DNA of 64,000 nucleotides from contig CAWFUG010000009.1 in the NCBI GenBank assembly GCA_963818965.1, forward strand, positions 160,001-224,000. The letters are read 5' to 3'. Below are positions 10,192 through 19,388 of this stretch, piece by piece. Made by a program: the position numbers and the translations under genes. Position 1 is the first letter of the stretch. Each line of letters opens with the position of its first letter. The notes under the pieces are model-generated. The model was given only the letters and a program-made list of their open reading frames with translations, was not told the DNA's origin and ran no database searches. The stretch is from an uncultured Verrucomicrobiae bacterium. Lineage in GTDB: Bacteria; Chlamydiota; Chlamydiia; Chlamydiales; Rhabdochlamydiaceae.

Positions 10192-11034
10192 GTGAGGATG
10201 AAACAAATTTACCTGATTCCAAATATTTTGACGGCGTTTGCTCTCTCGTGTGGGCTATTCATCATTTTTAAGGTGAATATGGTCGAACCGGGGGCAGGGA
10301 TTTTCAATGTCCTCAACCAATCGGCGCTGATCTTGCTCGTCGCTGCGTTTGCCGATCTCCTCGATGGAGCGATCGCTCGGGCGATGCGTGCAGAGAGCGA
10401 GTTCGGTTTTAACTTCGACTCTTTAGCCGATGTCGTCTCTTTCGGGGTCGTCCCCTCTGTTTTGCTTTTGAAGACGCTCTCTTTAGAGCCGGGGACAGGA
10501 CTCTCTTTTTACGCCATGCTCGGCTGTATGCTTTACTCGATCTGCGGCGTCTTGCGCCTCGTGCGTTTCAATGTGAGAGGGACAGAGACCAAGGGAAAAA
10601 AAGAGGCGATGGCTGCTGACAAAAAACACTTCACAGGTCTCCCCATCCCAGCAGCTGCGATTGCAGCTGTCTCGATTAATCTCCTATTCGCTTCTCCCTT
10701 TTTTAATGAGATTTTCACTCTTTCACCAGAGCTGAAGGCGATCCTTTTGACGAGTATCATGATCGTGCTCGGCTATTTTATGGTGAGCCGTTGGAAATTC
10801 CCCAGTTCCAAAGCGCTCCATTTCCGCGTTCCCTCTTTCCAGCTCGTCTTCGTCACGGTGATCTTGGCGATTTTCGTCTTCTACGGGATCCTCTATTTCT
10901 TCCCCATCATGCTCGCGATCGTCTCCTGGAGCTATTTGCTCCTCGGTTGGACCCTTTCTTTAATCCGCATCATCGCCGGCAAGAAATCGAAGACACTCGC
11001 CGATTTTGAGCCAGAGCAAGAGGATGAAGAATAG
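10192..11034 (+). CDS. pssA: CDP-diacylglycerol--serine O-phosphatidyltransferase
   Basis: IPNILT, DLLDGAIAR...SEFG...DSLADVVSFGVVP, LRLVRFN, FTGLPIPAAA. Confidence 0.92.
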   Translation: MRMKQIYLIPNILTAFALSCGLFIIFKVNMVEPGAGIFNVLNQSALILLVAAFADLLDGAIARAMRAESEFGFNFDSLADVVSFGVVPSVLLLKTLSLEPGTGLSFYAMLGCMLYSICGVLRLVRFNVRGTETKGKKEAMAADKKHFTGLPIPAAAIAAVSINLLFASPFFNEIFTLSPELKAILLTSIMIVLGYFMVSRWKFPSSKALHFRVPSFQLVFVTVILAIFVFYGILYFFPIMLAIVSWSYLLLGWTLSLIRIIAGKKSKTLADFEPEQEDEE

Positions 11035-11043
11035 GGAACAGAA

Positions 11044-11123
11044 TCACCACAGAGAGAAGAAACCACAGAGAGAAAATAAAAAAATGTACTCTTCCTCTCT
11101 GTGGTTTCCCCTCTCTGTGGTGA
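11044..11123. repeat. ACCACAGAGA-type hairpin repeat (family 2), copy 2
   Basis: tcaccacagagagaagaaaccacagagag...ctctctgtggtttcccctctctgtggtga. Confidence 0.88.
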
Positions 11124-11151
11124 AAATTCATAACAAGCGTGTTAGGTCCTC

Positions 11152-12468
11152 ATGAATGATATAATGCTGATATGGGGTGTCGCCGGCCTCCTTCTGGGGC
11201 TCCTTTTCTTTTTCCGCGAACGCTTCTTGCGCAAAAAAGTAGAGGGAGAGCTCAAGAACGTCCAGTCTCAGTATCTCGAAGAGAACATAGAGAAGAGGGT
11301 TACCGAAGAGAAGCTGAACCTTTTGCAGAAAGCGCAAGAGGAGCTAAAACACGTCTTTTCCAGCCTCTCTAGCGACGCTCTCGAGAAGAACAATCGGCAA
11401 TTTTTAGATCTTGCCAAATCAACGCTAGAGACCTTTCAGGTGGGCGCTAAAAGTGATCTCGAGAAACGACAAACCGCCATCGGCGAGATGCTCCATCCGA
11501 TGAAAGATTCCCTGCAGAAACTCGACCAAGGGATTCGCGAGATCGAAAAAGAGCGCAAAGGGGATCAGGAAGCGCTCAAAGAGCAGGTAAAGGCCCTTTT
11601 AGAAAATGAGCGGCAACTGAAAAAAGAGACCTCCAATCTCGTCAAGGCTCTCCGCACTCCTTTAGCGCGAGGGCGATGGGGAGAGATCCAGCTCAAGCGC
11701 GTCGTCGAACTCGCTGGGATGCTGAGTTACTGTGATTTTTTCGAGCAATTGCAGCATACAACAGATGAAGAGAATCGCTTCCGCCCCGACCTCATCGTCC
11801 GTTTGCCCGGTGGGCGTCAGGTGATCGTCGATGCGAAAGTGCCCCTAGAGGCCTATCTCGAAGCGATTCAATCCTCAGACGAAGAGGTTCAGATCCAAAA
11901 GCTAAAGACCCATGCTAAACAGGTGCGCGCACACGTCACTGCGCTTGGGAAAAAGGCCTATTGGGAACATTTCCAACCCTCTCCTGAATTCGTCGTCCTC
12001 TTCCTCCCCGCAGAGACCTTCTTCAGCGCAGCTTTAGAATTCGACCCCTCGCTCATCGAAGCAGGGGCGCAGCAGAAGGTAATCGTCGCAACGCCCACAA
12101 CTCTCATCGCCCTCCTGCGCGCCGTCGCCTATGGCTGGCAGCAAGAGAGCCTAACCCGCCACATGGAAGCCTTGCAGACGCTCGGTCAAGAGCTCTATAA
12201 GCGCCTGGCCGACATGGGTTCCCATTTCGCTAAGATGGGCAGATCCTTGGGTTCCGCAGTCGAAGCCTATAACAAAGGGGTCGGCTCTTTAGAATCCCGC
12301 GTGCTCGTCACAGCCCGCAAATTCAATGAGATGAACGTCCTCTCAGGACAGATCGAGCTCGAAACGGTGGAAGCAGTCGAAAAGATACCGCGTGAACTGA
12401 GCTCGGTAGAAGCAGCTGATACCGAAGAGAAAACTCAAAATCTGGTTTCTGGTTCCGCTCCATTGTAA
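11152..12468 (+). CDS. rmuC: DNA recombination protein RmuC
   Basis: N-terminal TM helix plus coiled coil, RGRWGEIQL, RPDLIVRLPG, VDAKVPL, ATPTTLIALL. Confidence 0.93.
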   Translation: MNDIMLIWGVAGLLLGLLFFFRERFLRKKVEGELKNVQSQYLEENIEKRVTEEKLNLLQKAQEELKHVFSSLSSDALEKNNRQFLDLAKSTLETFQVGAKSDLEKRQTAIGEMLHPMKDSLQKLDQGIREIEKERKGDQEALKEQVKALLENERQLKKETSNLVKALRTPLARGRWGEIQLKRVVELAGMLSYCDFFEQLQHTTDEENRFRPDLIVRLPGGRQVIVDAKVPLEAYLEAIQSSDEEVQIQKLKTHAKQVRAHVTALGKKAYWEHFQPSPEFVVLFLPAETFFSAALEFDPSLIEAGAQQKVIVATPTTLIALLRAVAYGWQQESLTRHMEALQTLGQELYKRLADMGSHFAKMGRSLGSAVEAYNKGVGSLESRVLVTARKFNEMNVLSGQIELETVEAVEKIPRELSSVEAADTEEKTQNLVSGSAPL

Positions 12469-12502
12469 GTCACTGGCTATTAGAGTTTTATGAAGAGTCA
12501 TC

Positions 12503-12563
12503 GCAAAACGCCACCGGAAATGTCAAAATGGGCGCAAAATTGCCATTACCGATGGCGTTTTGT
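12503..12563. repeat. Imperfect hairpin between convergent genes
   Basis: gcaaaacgccaccggaaatgtcaa / ttgccattaccgatggcgttttgt. Confidence 0.5.
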
Positions 12564-12602
12564 AATTGGGATCCACTGTATGGTAAAGGTTTTTGGGTTG
12601 GA

Positions 12603-12683
12603 CGGCAGGGAAATGGTAGGAATGATACAATGATAGGAACGATAAAATTTTTCTTTCTTCATCATTCCTATCATTTTATCATT
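12603..12683. repeat. AATGATA-type hairpin repeat (family 3), copy 1
   Basis: aatgatacaatgataggaacgat / atcattcctatcattttatcatt; left arm recurs at 34994. Confidence 0.7.
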
Positions 12684-12687
12684 TATA

Positions 12688-13467
12688 TCATGTTACTTGC
12701 TTGAGGCGGTCGATCCACTCGAGGGGGATCCCTGCTTTGAGGCGGGGCTCTTCGCGCACGATGACGCCTGTCGCGCGCTTGGGGGTCATGAGTGGGGGGA
12801 GACTCTCTTCCCAGGCCTGCCATTCTGACTCGTTTTCCCCTTTTAGCTTTTTTAGCCAGTTCCAGCCGAAAGCGACGTGGTTGATCTCATCTTTTAGGAT
12901 TTGTTCCATCAGGGCTGCCGACTCGAAATCGCCCACTCGGGCAAACGACTTCCCATAGAGGGGGGCGAAGTCGAGATTGGCCATTTCGAAGGTAAGGCTC
13001 ATGACGCTGATGTAGCGCAGCGGTGTCGTGAGGTGGGGGACGTAAGCCCAAAAGTGGCGGTAGAGGGGGAGATCTCCGAACTCGACGCCCATGGCCTTCA
13101 ACCGCGCGCAATAAAGGCGTACGTGCTCCTGTTCTTCTTTCAGGGTGTTCGCTACCCCTCTGCGGAAGTGTTTGGGTGCTTCGGGAAACTTGAGGAGCGC
13201 CTGCGCCATGATCTCGACAGCGAGGAGCTCATGGCCGGCAAACCGGTGCAAGCAGACGGCTCGCTTATCGGGATCGCGGTGTTCGTGAAGGGGCGGGAGC
13301 TTATCTTTGCGCCCTCTGCGCTGGAAGTGCATGCCTACAGGGCGTACCGGCTCATTGAAATCTAGCGCGGGCCCAGGACTGTGATCCGATACACTTTCAG
13401 GACAATATAATTTTTCTTCTAAGGTGTCCGCGGAGAGGATCCGCAGTGCCCAATCTCTTAATTCCAT
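12688..13467 (-). CDS. DUF455-family ferritin-like protein
   Basis: LHRFAGHELLAVE, EEQEH, FEMANLD, ILKDEINHVAFG diiron-type motifs. Confidence 0.85.
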   Translation of the reverse strand: MELRDWALRILSADTLEEKLYCPESVSDHSPGPALDFNEPVRPVGMHFQRRGRKDKLPPLHEHRDPDKRAVCLHRFAGHELLAVEIMAQALLKFPEAPKHFRRGVANTLKEEQEHVRLYCARLKAMGVEFGDLPLYRHFWAYVPHLTTPLRYISVMSLTFEMANLDFAPLYGKSFARVGDFESAALMEQILKDEINHVAFGWNWLKKLKGENESEWQAWEESLPPLMTPKRATGVIVREEPRLKAGIPLEWIDRLKQVT

Positions 13468-13480
13468 AGGCTCAGGTAGG

Positions 13481-13560
13481 TCTGAAAAAAATTTCTGCCC
13501 GCCCCCACCTCTTAGAACTTTAAGTTCTAAAGGGGAGCGGACACGAAAAAGTCTATCAGA
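13481..13560. repeat. Imperfect intergenic palindrome
   Basis: ...tgcccgccccc..ttagaactt/aagttctaa..ggggagcggaca... centred near 13520. Confidence 0.55.
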
Positions 13561-13576
13561 ATAGGAGGTTTTCCCT

Positions 13577-14842
13577 CTACTGCATCCCGAGGATGTAGTA
13601 GGCGGGGAAGGCGAAGTTGTTATTCGGACGGGGTGAGGCGACTAGCGTCACGCGCTTGCCGACAAGGCTCTGTAAATTGATTTTTGTGCTGTAGAGGTAA
13701 CCGATGGGGATTTCCTTGTCGCGCAAGATGAAGTCTCCCGGTTTACTCTTGACGGGAGAATTGTAGGATTCGACGATCCCGCTGAGGGTGATCGCAGAGA
13801 GTTTTTGGTCTTCGTAAAACTCTTCCAAGCTCCCACCGCTGTTCCCACTTTCCCAACCCATGTAGAGCACTTCTTCTACAGGTTCCCAGGCGATCATTCT
13901 GTCGGTTATTTGCAAGAGCGCTTCTGAGAGTTCTTCAGCAAGAGCTCGATTTGCCTCTTGCTCTGCCGGTTGAACGGCGACTGAGCGCGATTCGAGATAG
14001 GAGATTCTCTTTTCGAGATAGGCTTCTTGAAAATTCGTCAGGGCTTGACGCGCGGTTTCTGCGAGCTCTGTGAATTCAGAGTACTCTTTTACGACGGTGT
14101 TATAACTGTTCACGATCCGATCGAAGTCCATCTCTTCAAACGGTTTTTTCAGCTCTGCTTGACTCAATACAGCTGCGGCATCTAGGAGTTGCTGACATGT
14201 TGCCATTTTCCGATCGATTTGTTGCTTGAGCTCAGGCCCTCCAGCGTATTCGACATATTCCTTAGCGATATAGAACCGCGTCGTTTCAGGAGGCGTGATT
14301 TCTAGCCACTTGCCGTTGATCGGTGAGATGGCTGCATTTTCGAGCCGATCTCCTGAATTGAGATGGGCGATTACAGGTGCCTCGAGATGGGGCTCGAGCC
14401 GCACATTGACTCGGTTACCTTCGACGACATTGTCGAGCACGAAACTGCGGAAGACATAGGCCTTCGTCTCTTTAGGTGGAGAGACTGCCCAGAAATCCTC
14501 TTTTTCTCCGAGGATCGAAATCAGTTCATCTTTTTGGACTTCTTTGATGATGCGACTGTCGACGTCTGCCTCTAAGCGGATCCTCACTTTCTTAGCCTTG
14601 ATTCTTCCTGTAAAGGGAGAGAAAGGAACGTCGGGGGCCTTAGGAGTGGGTTGGGAAATGGGAGCTGTTTTTTTAGGTACGACAGCAGAGGGGGTTTCTT
14701 GAAGCGGGATGGGGACCAATTCCCCTGCAGAAAAAGGGCGCATCTCTTCTGCAGTTGTGTCAAAAGAGATCTCATCTGCAAACGCGCTATTCAGAGAAAG
14801 GGCGCACAGGGAAAGGCACAAAAATTTAAAAGAAGTGAGCAT
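13577..14842 (-). CDS. Secreted SH3-domain protein (Chlamydia CT017/Ctad1-like)
   Basis: Signal peptide, two bacterial SH3 repeats (KVRIRLEAD, RVNVRLEP), C-terminal PRPNNNFAFPAYY; gene order with CT016-like and PhoH-like genes. Confidence 0.8.
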   Translation of the reverse strand: MLTSFKFLCLSLCALSLNSAFADEISFDTTAEEMRPFSAGELVPIPLQETPSAVVPKKTAPISQPTPKAPDVPFSPFTGRIKAKKVRIRLEADVDSRIIKEVQKDELISILGEKEDFWAVSPPKETKAYVFRSFVLDNVVEGNRVNVRLEPHLEAPVIAHLNSGDRLENAAISPINGKWLEITPPETTRFYIAKEYVEYAGGPELKQQIDRKMATCQQLLDAAAVLSQAELKKPFEEMDFDRIVNSYNTVVKEYSEFTELAETARQALTNFQEAYLEKRISYLESRSVAVQPAEQEANRALAEELSEALLQITDRMIAWEPVEEVLYMGWESGNSGGSLEEFYEDQKLSAITLSGIVESYNSPVKSKPGDFILRDKEIPIGYLYSTKINLQSLVGKRVTLVASPRPNNNFAFPAYYILGMQ

Positions 14843-14911
14843 GACGATAACTCCTAATATGAGTATGAATCGCCATTCTATGGGGTGTTATTTTTTTACA
14901 CCACGTTTTTT

Positions 14912-15640
14912 TTAGCTCTCGAGCACCGCACGGATGTGTTTGCATTGTTTTTCCCCACAGGTACACCCTCCGGGATTTCCGAGAAATACGGTGTAATGCT
15001 CCTCTTTGTCGCTCGCATTTGTGACGAGGAAGAGTTTATCGCCGATTTGTGAGATATCCCACAGGCGGAACTTCAGCTCATCGTCAGAGACGATTTCTTC
15101 TAATTCGGGAAGGGCAGGCTCTTCGCTATTTTCCGTAATTCCCTTGTTCAGAGCGCCTGTGATTTGGCAGTGAATGCAATGACAAAAAGGCTCTGGTTTG
15201 GGGGCGTGATTGGGGTCATCGATGTCCATGGTCTTTGCCATCTCAGCGATACGCATCAAGAGTTCAGGGGGGAGCTCGGGAGCGTCCTTTTGATCGGGAT
15301 TGTGTTGTAAAAGGGTTCCTAAATTTTCGATGCTGCCAAGAGCGTCTTTTAAGGGAAACTCAAAAGAGAATACCTGCTCTTGAGGGAGGGCGAGGTGCAT
15401 CGGGTGTCTCGCGGGAGTTTTGGAGGGTCGCTCCCCCATCTCTAAGAATTTCGCATGCTGGACGAAAATCATTTCGATGAGATCGCCAGGGAGATCGGGG
15501 ATTTCGATCGCCACTCCGTTGAGTAAAGTCACGACCAAAAAGAGCATTTCGCCTTGGGGCTCGACGTGAAGCGAGGCGATATTTTTCCACGAGGTGGAAA
15601 TATAGGGAGGGATGCTGAGGATCTTTTGGTTGATTTTCAT
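14912..15640 (-). CDS. Conserved chlamydial protein (CT016-like) with Cys/His clusters and C-terminal SWIM-like motif
   Basis: MKINQKILSIPPYISTSW start, CHCIHC and CTC...CKH motifs. Confidence 0.75.
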   Translation of the reverse strand: MKINQKILSIPPYISTSWKNIASLHVEPQGEMLFLVVTLLNGVAIEIPDLPGDLIEMIFVQHAKFLEMGERPSKTPARHPMHLALPQEQVFSFEFPLKDALGSIENLGTLLQHNPDQKDAPELPPELLMRIAEMAKTMDIDDPNHAPKPEPFCHCIHCQITGALNKGITENSEEPALPELEEIVSDDELKFRLWDISQIGDKLFLVTNASDKEEHYTVFLGNPGGCTCGEKQCKHIRAVLES

Positions 15641-15672
15641 AACGCACCTTTATTTAGCCTTATCTTCCCTCC

Positions 15673-15702
15673 ATTATATTACAGGGCAATTTTCCTTGTC
15701 AA
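15673..15702 (-). promoter_or_regulatory. Consensus sigma70/sigma66 promoter
   Basis: Minus strand TTGACA-18nt-TATAAT, about 30 nt upstream of the ATG at 15640. Confidence 0.8.
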
Positions 15703-15844
15703 TTTTTTTAGCAGTCCGGGCATCTAATTGCTTAATCTTTACTTAAGTCCCTTATAATGAACGGTGTAAAAAATTTGTTGAGGTTGGGGGAGAGGGTAGC
15801 TATGCTCCGGAAAAAGAAAACCGCAACTTGTAAGGAGATCGCGC

Positions 15845-17158
15845 GTGAGCAGAAAAACCTTTGTCATCGATACCAATGTCCTTCTCCATGATCCTGATGC
15901 GATCAAGAAATTTCGCGAAAATGATGTGGTCGTGCCTTTAGCTGTTTTAGAGGAGCTCGATAGTATGAAGAGGTTGTCAGACGAGCTTGGGAAAAATGCG
16001 CGCCAGGTCATGCGCTATATCGATGAGCTCAAAAGAACTGCCAAAGGGGACCTGTATGAGGGGGTTGCAATAGACAATGGGATCGTCTTTAGGATTTACG
16101 TCGATTTAAAATCGCCTGAAAAGAGCGCGGTTCCCCTTCCTTTTGAGCGAGGAGGCAACAAATTACTTGCGATCGCTTATCAGCTCAAGGTGCAGGGAAA
16201 GCGGGTCGTGGTTGTCTCTAAAGATTTCATCTTACGCATTAAGGCAGAGGCGATCGGGATCGAAGGGGAGGATTACGAAAATTTGAAGTTTTCCTACGAC
16301 AATCTCTACCGTGGCTATCGAAAGCTCGAAGTCCCCAAACAACAGATCGATCTCTTTTTTAAGGAAGGGTCTTTGCCTCTAGATCTACCCGATCTTTTGC
16401 CCAATGAATACTGCCATTTGACATGTCCCGAACAGTCTTCTGCCGTGGCTAAATACAATGCGCAATCAAAGCGGCTCGAGCCGCTTCTTAAAATTTCGAG
16501 GGACATTTGGGGAATTTATCCTCTCAATGTGGAGCAAAAGTGTGCGCTGGATCTTCTATTGCGCGATGATGTCAAGCTCGTCACTCTGATCGGACCTGCA
16601 GGGACGGGAAAGACCCTCCTCGCTCTCGCTGCAGGTTTAAGGAAGGTGTTCGATGAGGGGATCTATTCGAAGATCCTCGTTAGCCGACCGATCGTTCCGC
16701 TCGGCAAAGATATCGGGTATCTACCAGGGACCAAGGATGAAAAGCTCTTTCACTGGATGCAGCCGATCTACGATAACCTCGAGTTTCTATGCCAGTCTTC
16801 TACCGGCAAGGGCAATGGAGAGGAGACGCAAAAGTGGATTTTGGAAAGTAAGAAAATCGAGATGGAGGCGGTGACCTATATCCGCGGGCGGACACTGCCG
16901 AAGATGTATATGATCATCGACGAGGCGCAAAACCTAACCCCTCATGAAGTCAAGACGATCATCTCGCGCGCGGGCCAAGGGGCAAAGGTCGTCCTAACAG
17001 GGGATCCGACCCAGATCGACAACCCCTACTTAGACAAAGACTCCAATGCTCTCACTTTTACGGTAGGTAAGTTCAAGCAATACCCGCTCTTCGGACACAT
17101 CTTCCTCGAGAAGACGGAGCGCTCACCTCTTGCCGCCCTCGCCGCAGAGGTCCTCTAA
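15845..17158 (+). CDS. PIN domain + PhoH-family ATPase (YlaK/PhoH2-like)
   Basis: VIDTNVLLHDP PIN motif, GPAGTGKT, YIRGRTL, IIDEAQN, LTGDPTQID. Confidence 0.93.
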   Translation: MSRKTFVIDTNVLLHDPDAIKKFRENDVVVPLAVLEELDSMKRLSDELGKNARQVMRYIDELKRTAKGDLYEGVAIDNGIVFRIYVDLKSPEKSAVPLPFERGGNKLLAIAYQLKVQGKRVVVVSKDFILRIKAEAIGIEGEDYENLKFSYDNLYRGYRKLEVPKQQIDLFFKEGSLPLDLPDLLPNEYCHLTCPEQSSAVAKYNAQSKRLEPLLKISRDIWGIYPLNVEQKCALDLLLRDDVKLVTLIGPAGTGKTLLALAAGLRKVFDEGIYSKILVSRPIVPLGKDIGYLPGTKDEKLFHWMQPIYDNLEFLCQSSTGKGNGEETQKWILESKKIEMEAVTYIRGRTLPKMYMIIDEAQNLTPHEVKTIISRAGQGAKVVLTGDPTQIDNPYLDKDSNALTFTVGKFKQYPLFGHIFLEKTERSPLAALAAEVL

Positions 17159-17165
17159 AGCGCTC

Positions 17166-17244
17166 ACTCACCACAGAGATGGGAAACCACAGAGGGGAAA
17201 TTTTATGAATTTTCTCTCTGTGGTGTCCCATCTCTGTGGTGAGT
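17166..17244. repeat. ACCACAGAGA-type hairpin repeat (family 2), copy 3, between convergent genes
   Basis: actcaccacagagatgggaaaccacagag / ctctgtggtgtcccatctctgtggtgagt. Confidence 0.88.
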
Positions 17245-17270
17245 TATAAGCTTTGCGCTAAACCATGCTC

Positions 17271-18554
17271 TTAAGCTGCTGTTCTCAATCGCAGATAAGC
17301 GCGGTCGGGGTGGTGGAACAGGATCACGATGATCACGGAAAATGCCGTCAGTCCGCCGAGTAAGAGAAAGGCTCCTTGATAGCTGCCGCTCAGATCGATG
17401 AGCAATCCCGTCAGTACAGGCGCCAAAATCCCCGCCAGGGCGAGGAATGCAGAACAAACCCCTTGGGCAGATCCTGAGCGTTCTTTGGCGACGTCGATGT
17501 TGATGCTAAAGAAGGCGGGTTGTGGCATCAATCCAAATCCCAGCCCTAAGCTCAAAAAGAGGATAGAGAGGCCGAGGGAATTCGTAAAGCCCAGCAGGAT
17601 GAAGAACACGGCAGCGAGCAGTTGGCTAATCCAAATCACGTGGGATCGAGAGATCCTCCCATTGCCCGTTTTTTTATAGAGCCAATCGGAGAGGAAGCCC
17701 CCCGCTTTTAAGAAAATCGCCCCGACGAGCCAGGGGATTGTCAAATACCAACCGACACTCTTGAGATTAAGCCCGTGCTGCGAGAGGAAATAGCCAGGCA
17801 GCCACAGGGTGGCAAAAAAGAGCATGTAGCCGAAGGCGAAATAGGCGAGGTTGTTCGCGATGAGGGTAGGGTGGGTCAGAATGAAGTTCCAGTCGATCCG
17901 ATTGTTCTTAGACTCTCCGTGTTGTTCACAAGCCTTCGCTAAAAAATTCTTTTCCTGTTCAGAGACGAACGGGCAGTCTTGCGGTTTATCTCTAAATACG
18001 AAATACCAGAGCACCGCCCATAGAATACCTAAGCCGGCGATGACGAAGAACATCGATCTCCATCCGAGGTCGATGACGAGATGGGAGCAAAACGGAGCGC
18101 CGACGACAGCAGAGAGGGGAATCGCGACGAGTCCGAGCGATAGGGATCTCGCTCGCTCTACAGGGGGCAGCCAATTGCAGACTGTACGCGTGATCGCTGG
18201 GAAGTGAGGGCCTTCCGTCACTCCGAGGAGAAAACGGATGGCGATGAAGCTCCAAAAGCCTGTGGCTAGTCCTAAGAAAGCGACGCACAACGACCAAGCG
18301 ATCGCAGCGAGTGACCAGACAGAACGGGTTCCAAAGACATCGACGAGCCAGCCTCCGAGAGCTGTCAACAAGACATATCCTAGGGCAAAGGCTGATAAGA
18401 TCATGCCAAATTGGGTGTCACTGAAATGGAACTCCTGCTTGAGCGGCTCGATCACGAATGAAATTGCCGACCGGTCGATGAAATTGACCAAAGTGATGAA
18501 GAAGACAAGGGCTGAAATGAACCAGCGGTAATTTTTAGGACGGGTGTTATCCAT
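17271..18554 (-). CDS. MFS transporter, ACS (anion:cation symporter) family
   Basis: NFIDRS, GWLVDVFG, RFLLGVTEGPHFP, WLPPVERA; 12 TM pattern; start moved to MDNTRPK. Confidence 0.88.
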   Translation of the reverse strand: MDNTRPKNYRWFISALVFFITLVNFIDRSAISFVIEPLKQEFHFSDTQFGMILSAFALGYVLLTALGGWLVDVFGTRSVWSLAAIAWSLCVAFLGLATGFWSFIAIRFLLGVTEGPHFPAITRTVCNWLPPVERARSLSLGLVAIPLSAVVGAPFCSHLVIDLGWRSMFFVIAGLGILWAVLWYFVFRDKPQDCPFVSEQEKNFLAKACEQHGESKNNRIDWNFILTHPTLIANNLAYFAFGYMLFFATLWLPGYFLSQHGLNLKSVGWYLTIPWLVGAIFLKAGGFLSDWLYKKTGNGRISRSHVIWISQLLAAVFFILLGFTNSLGLSILFLSLGLGFGLMPQPAFFSINIDVAKERSGSAQGVCSAFLALAGILAPVLTGLLIDLSGSYQGAFLLLGGLTAFSVIIVILFHHPDRAYLRLRTAA

Positions 18555-18674
18555 AAAGTTTTTCTCGTTAGTTTTCGCAACAGCATGACCGATTTTCGAA
18601 AAAAAGAAAAGCGCTGAAACTGCCTTCAGAGGAAAACTCATTTTAATCAATTGATTCTCAATTGGTTATATGTC

Positions 18675-18767
18675 AACCTGGCGAAAAGTCGATTTTTAGC
18701 CCACTTTCCGCCAGTTTGGTGAATCAAACCGGCGGAAAGTGGGAAAAATATTGACTTTTCGCTGGTT
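18675..18767. repeat. Long imperfect intergenic palindrome
   Basis: gcgaaaagtcga...cccactttccgcc.gtttg / caaac.ggcggaaagtggg...ttgacttttcgc. Confidence 0.7.
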
Positions 18768-18806
18768 TGTTTTAATGGAACGTCCAAGAATCTGTCCTAG
18801 GAATAT

Positions 18807-19369
18807 CTATCCGAGGTTTTTTTGAATGACTTCGAAGTCAGACATCTTGGACCAATCGGGAAAGGTCAGTTCCCAGACCCGGTAGATCTTACCTTCTTTG
18901 TATTGGACGATAATGAGGAGTTCGAGTTCCCTTTTCGGCTTGCCTGGCAATTGGGTCGTGATCCACATCCTTCCAGCGACTTTGTCCTCAGACTCTAGGA
19001 AGGTCTCTTCTTGATAGGCGACATGGTATTGGATGGGAGTGGCGTAAATGTCTTGATGCCCTTCCAGAAGCTGTCGGTAGTCCATCGTGTGACCATTAGC
19101 ATAGAGCAAAAAATCGGGATGGTAGAATTCCTCGATTTATACCCCGCGCGCTTGAGGATGGTGCATTTGAGCCGCGTGAAAGCTCCCGCGGTTCGACGAT
19201 CGGAAATGGGGGTTGTATTTCATCAATACTACCCCCATTTCCGATCGTCGAACCCCGGGGCTTTGACGCGCTCAAATGCACCATCCTCAAGCGCGCGGGG
19301 TATAGACGCATTCTTTTGAACCGTCACTTCCTCGAACATCTTTTTTAATTTTTCTATTTTTGAATTCAT
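18807..19369 (-). pseudogene. SnoaL/NTF2-like protein gene interrupted by a 167-bp palindromic element
   Basis: MNSKIEKLKKMFEEVTVQKNAS upstream of the element and IEEFYHPDFLLYANGHTMDY...GKIYRVWELTFPDW downstream; the element brings an in-frame TAG and the halves are out of frame. Confidence 0.75.
19138..19304. mobile_element. TATAC...GTATA palindromic miniature element (family 1), full-length copy A
   Basis: Perfect 35-bp terminal inverted repeat tataccccgcgcgcttgaggatggtgcatttgagc plus a perfect 23-bp inner stem; 167 bp. Confidence 0.92.
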
Positions 19370-19388
19370 TTGAGTGTGCTTGTGTGGA

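Noticed and set aside
19011..19319. ORFs 19011-19319 (+) and 19096-19311 (-) as genes
   Set aside because: They are open frames of the palindromic element, not independent genes.
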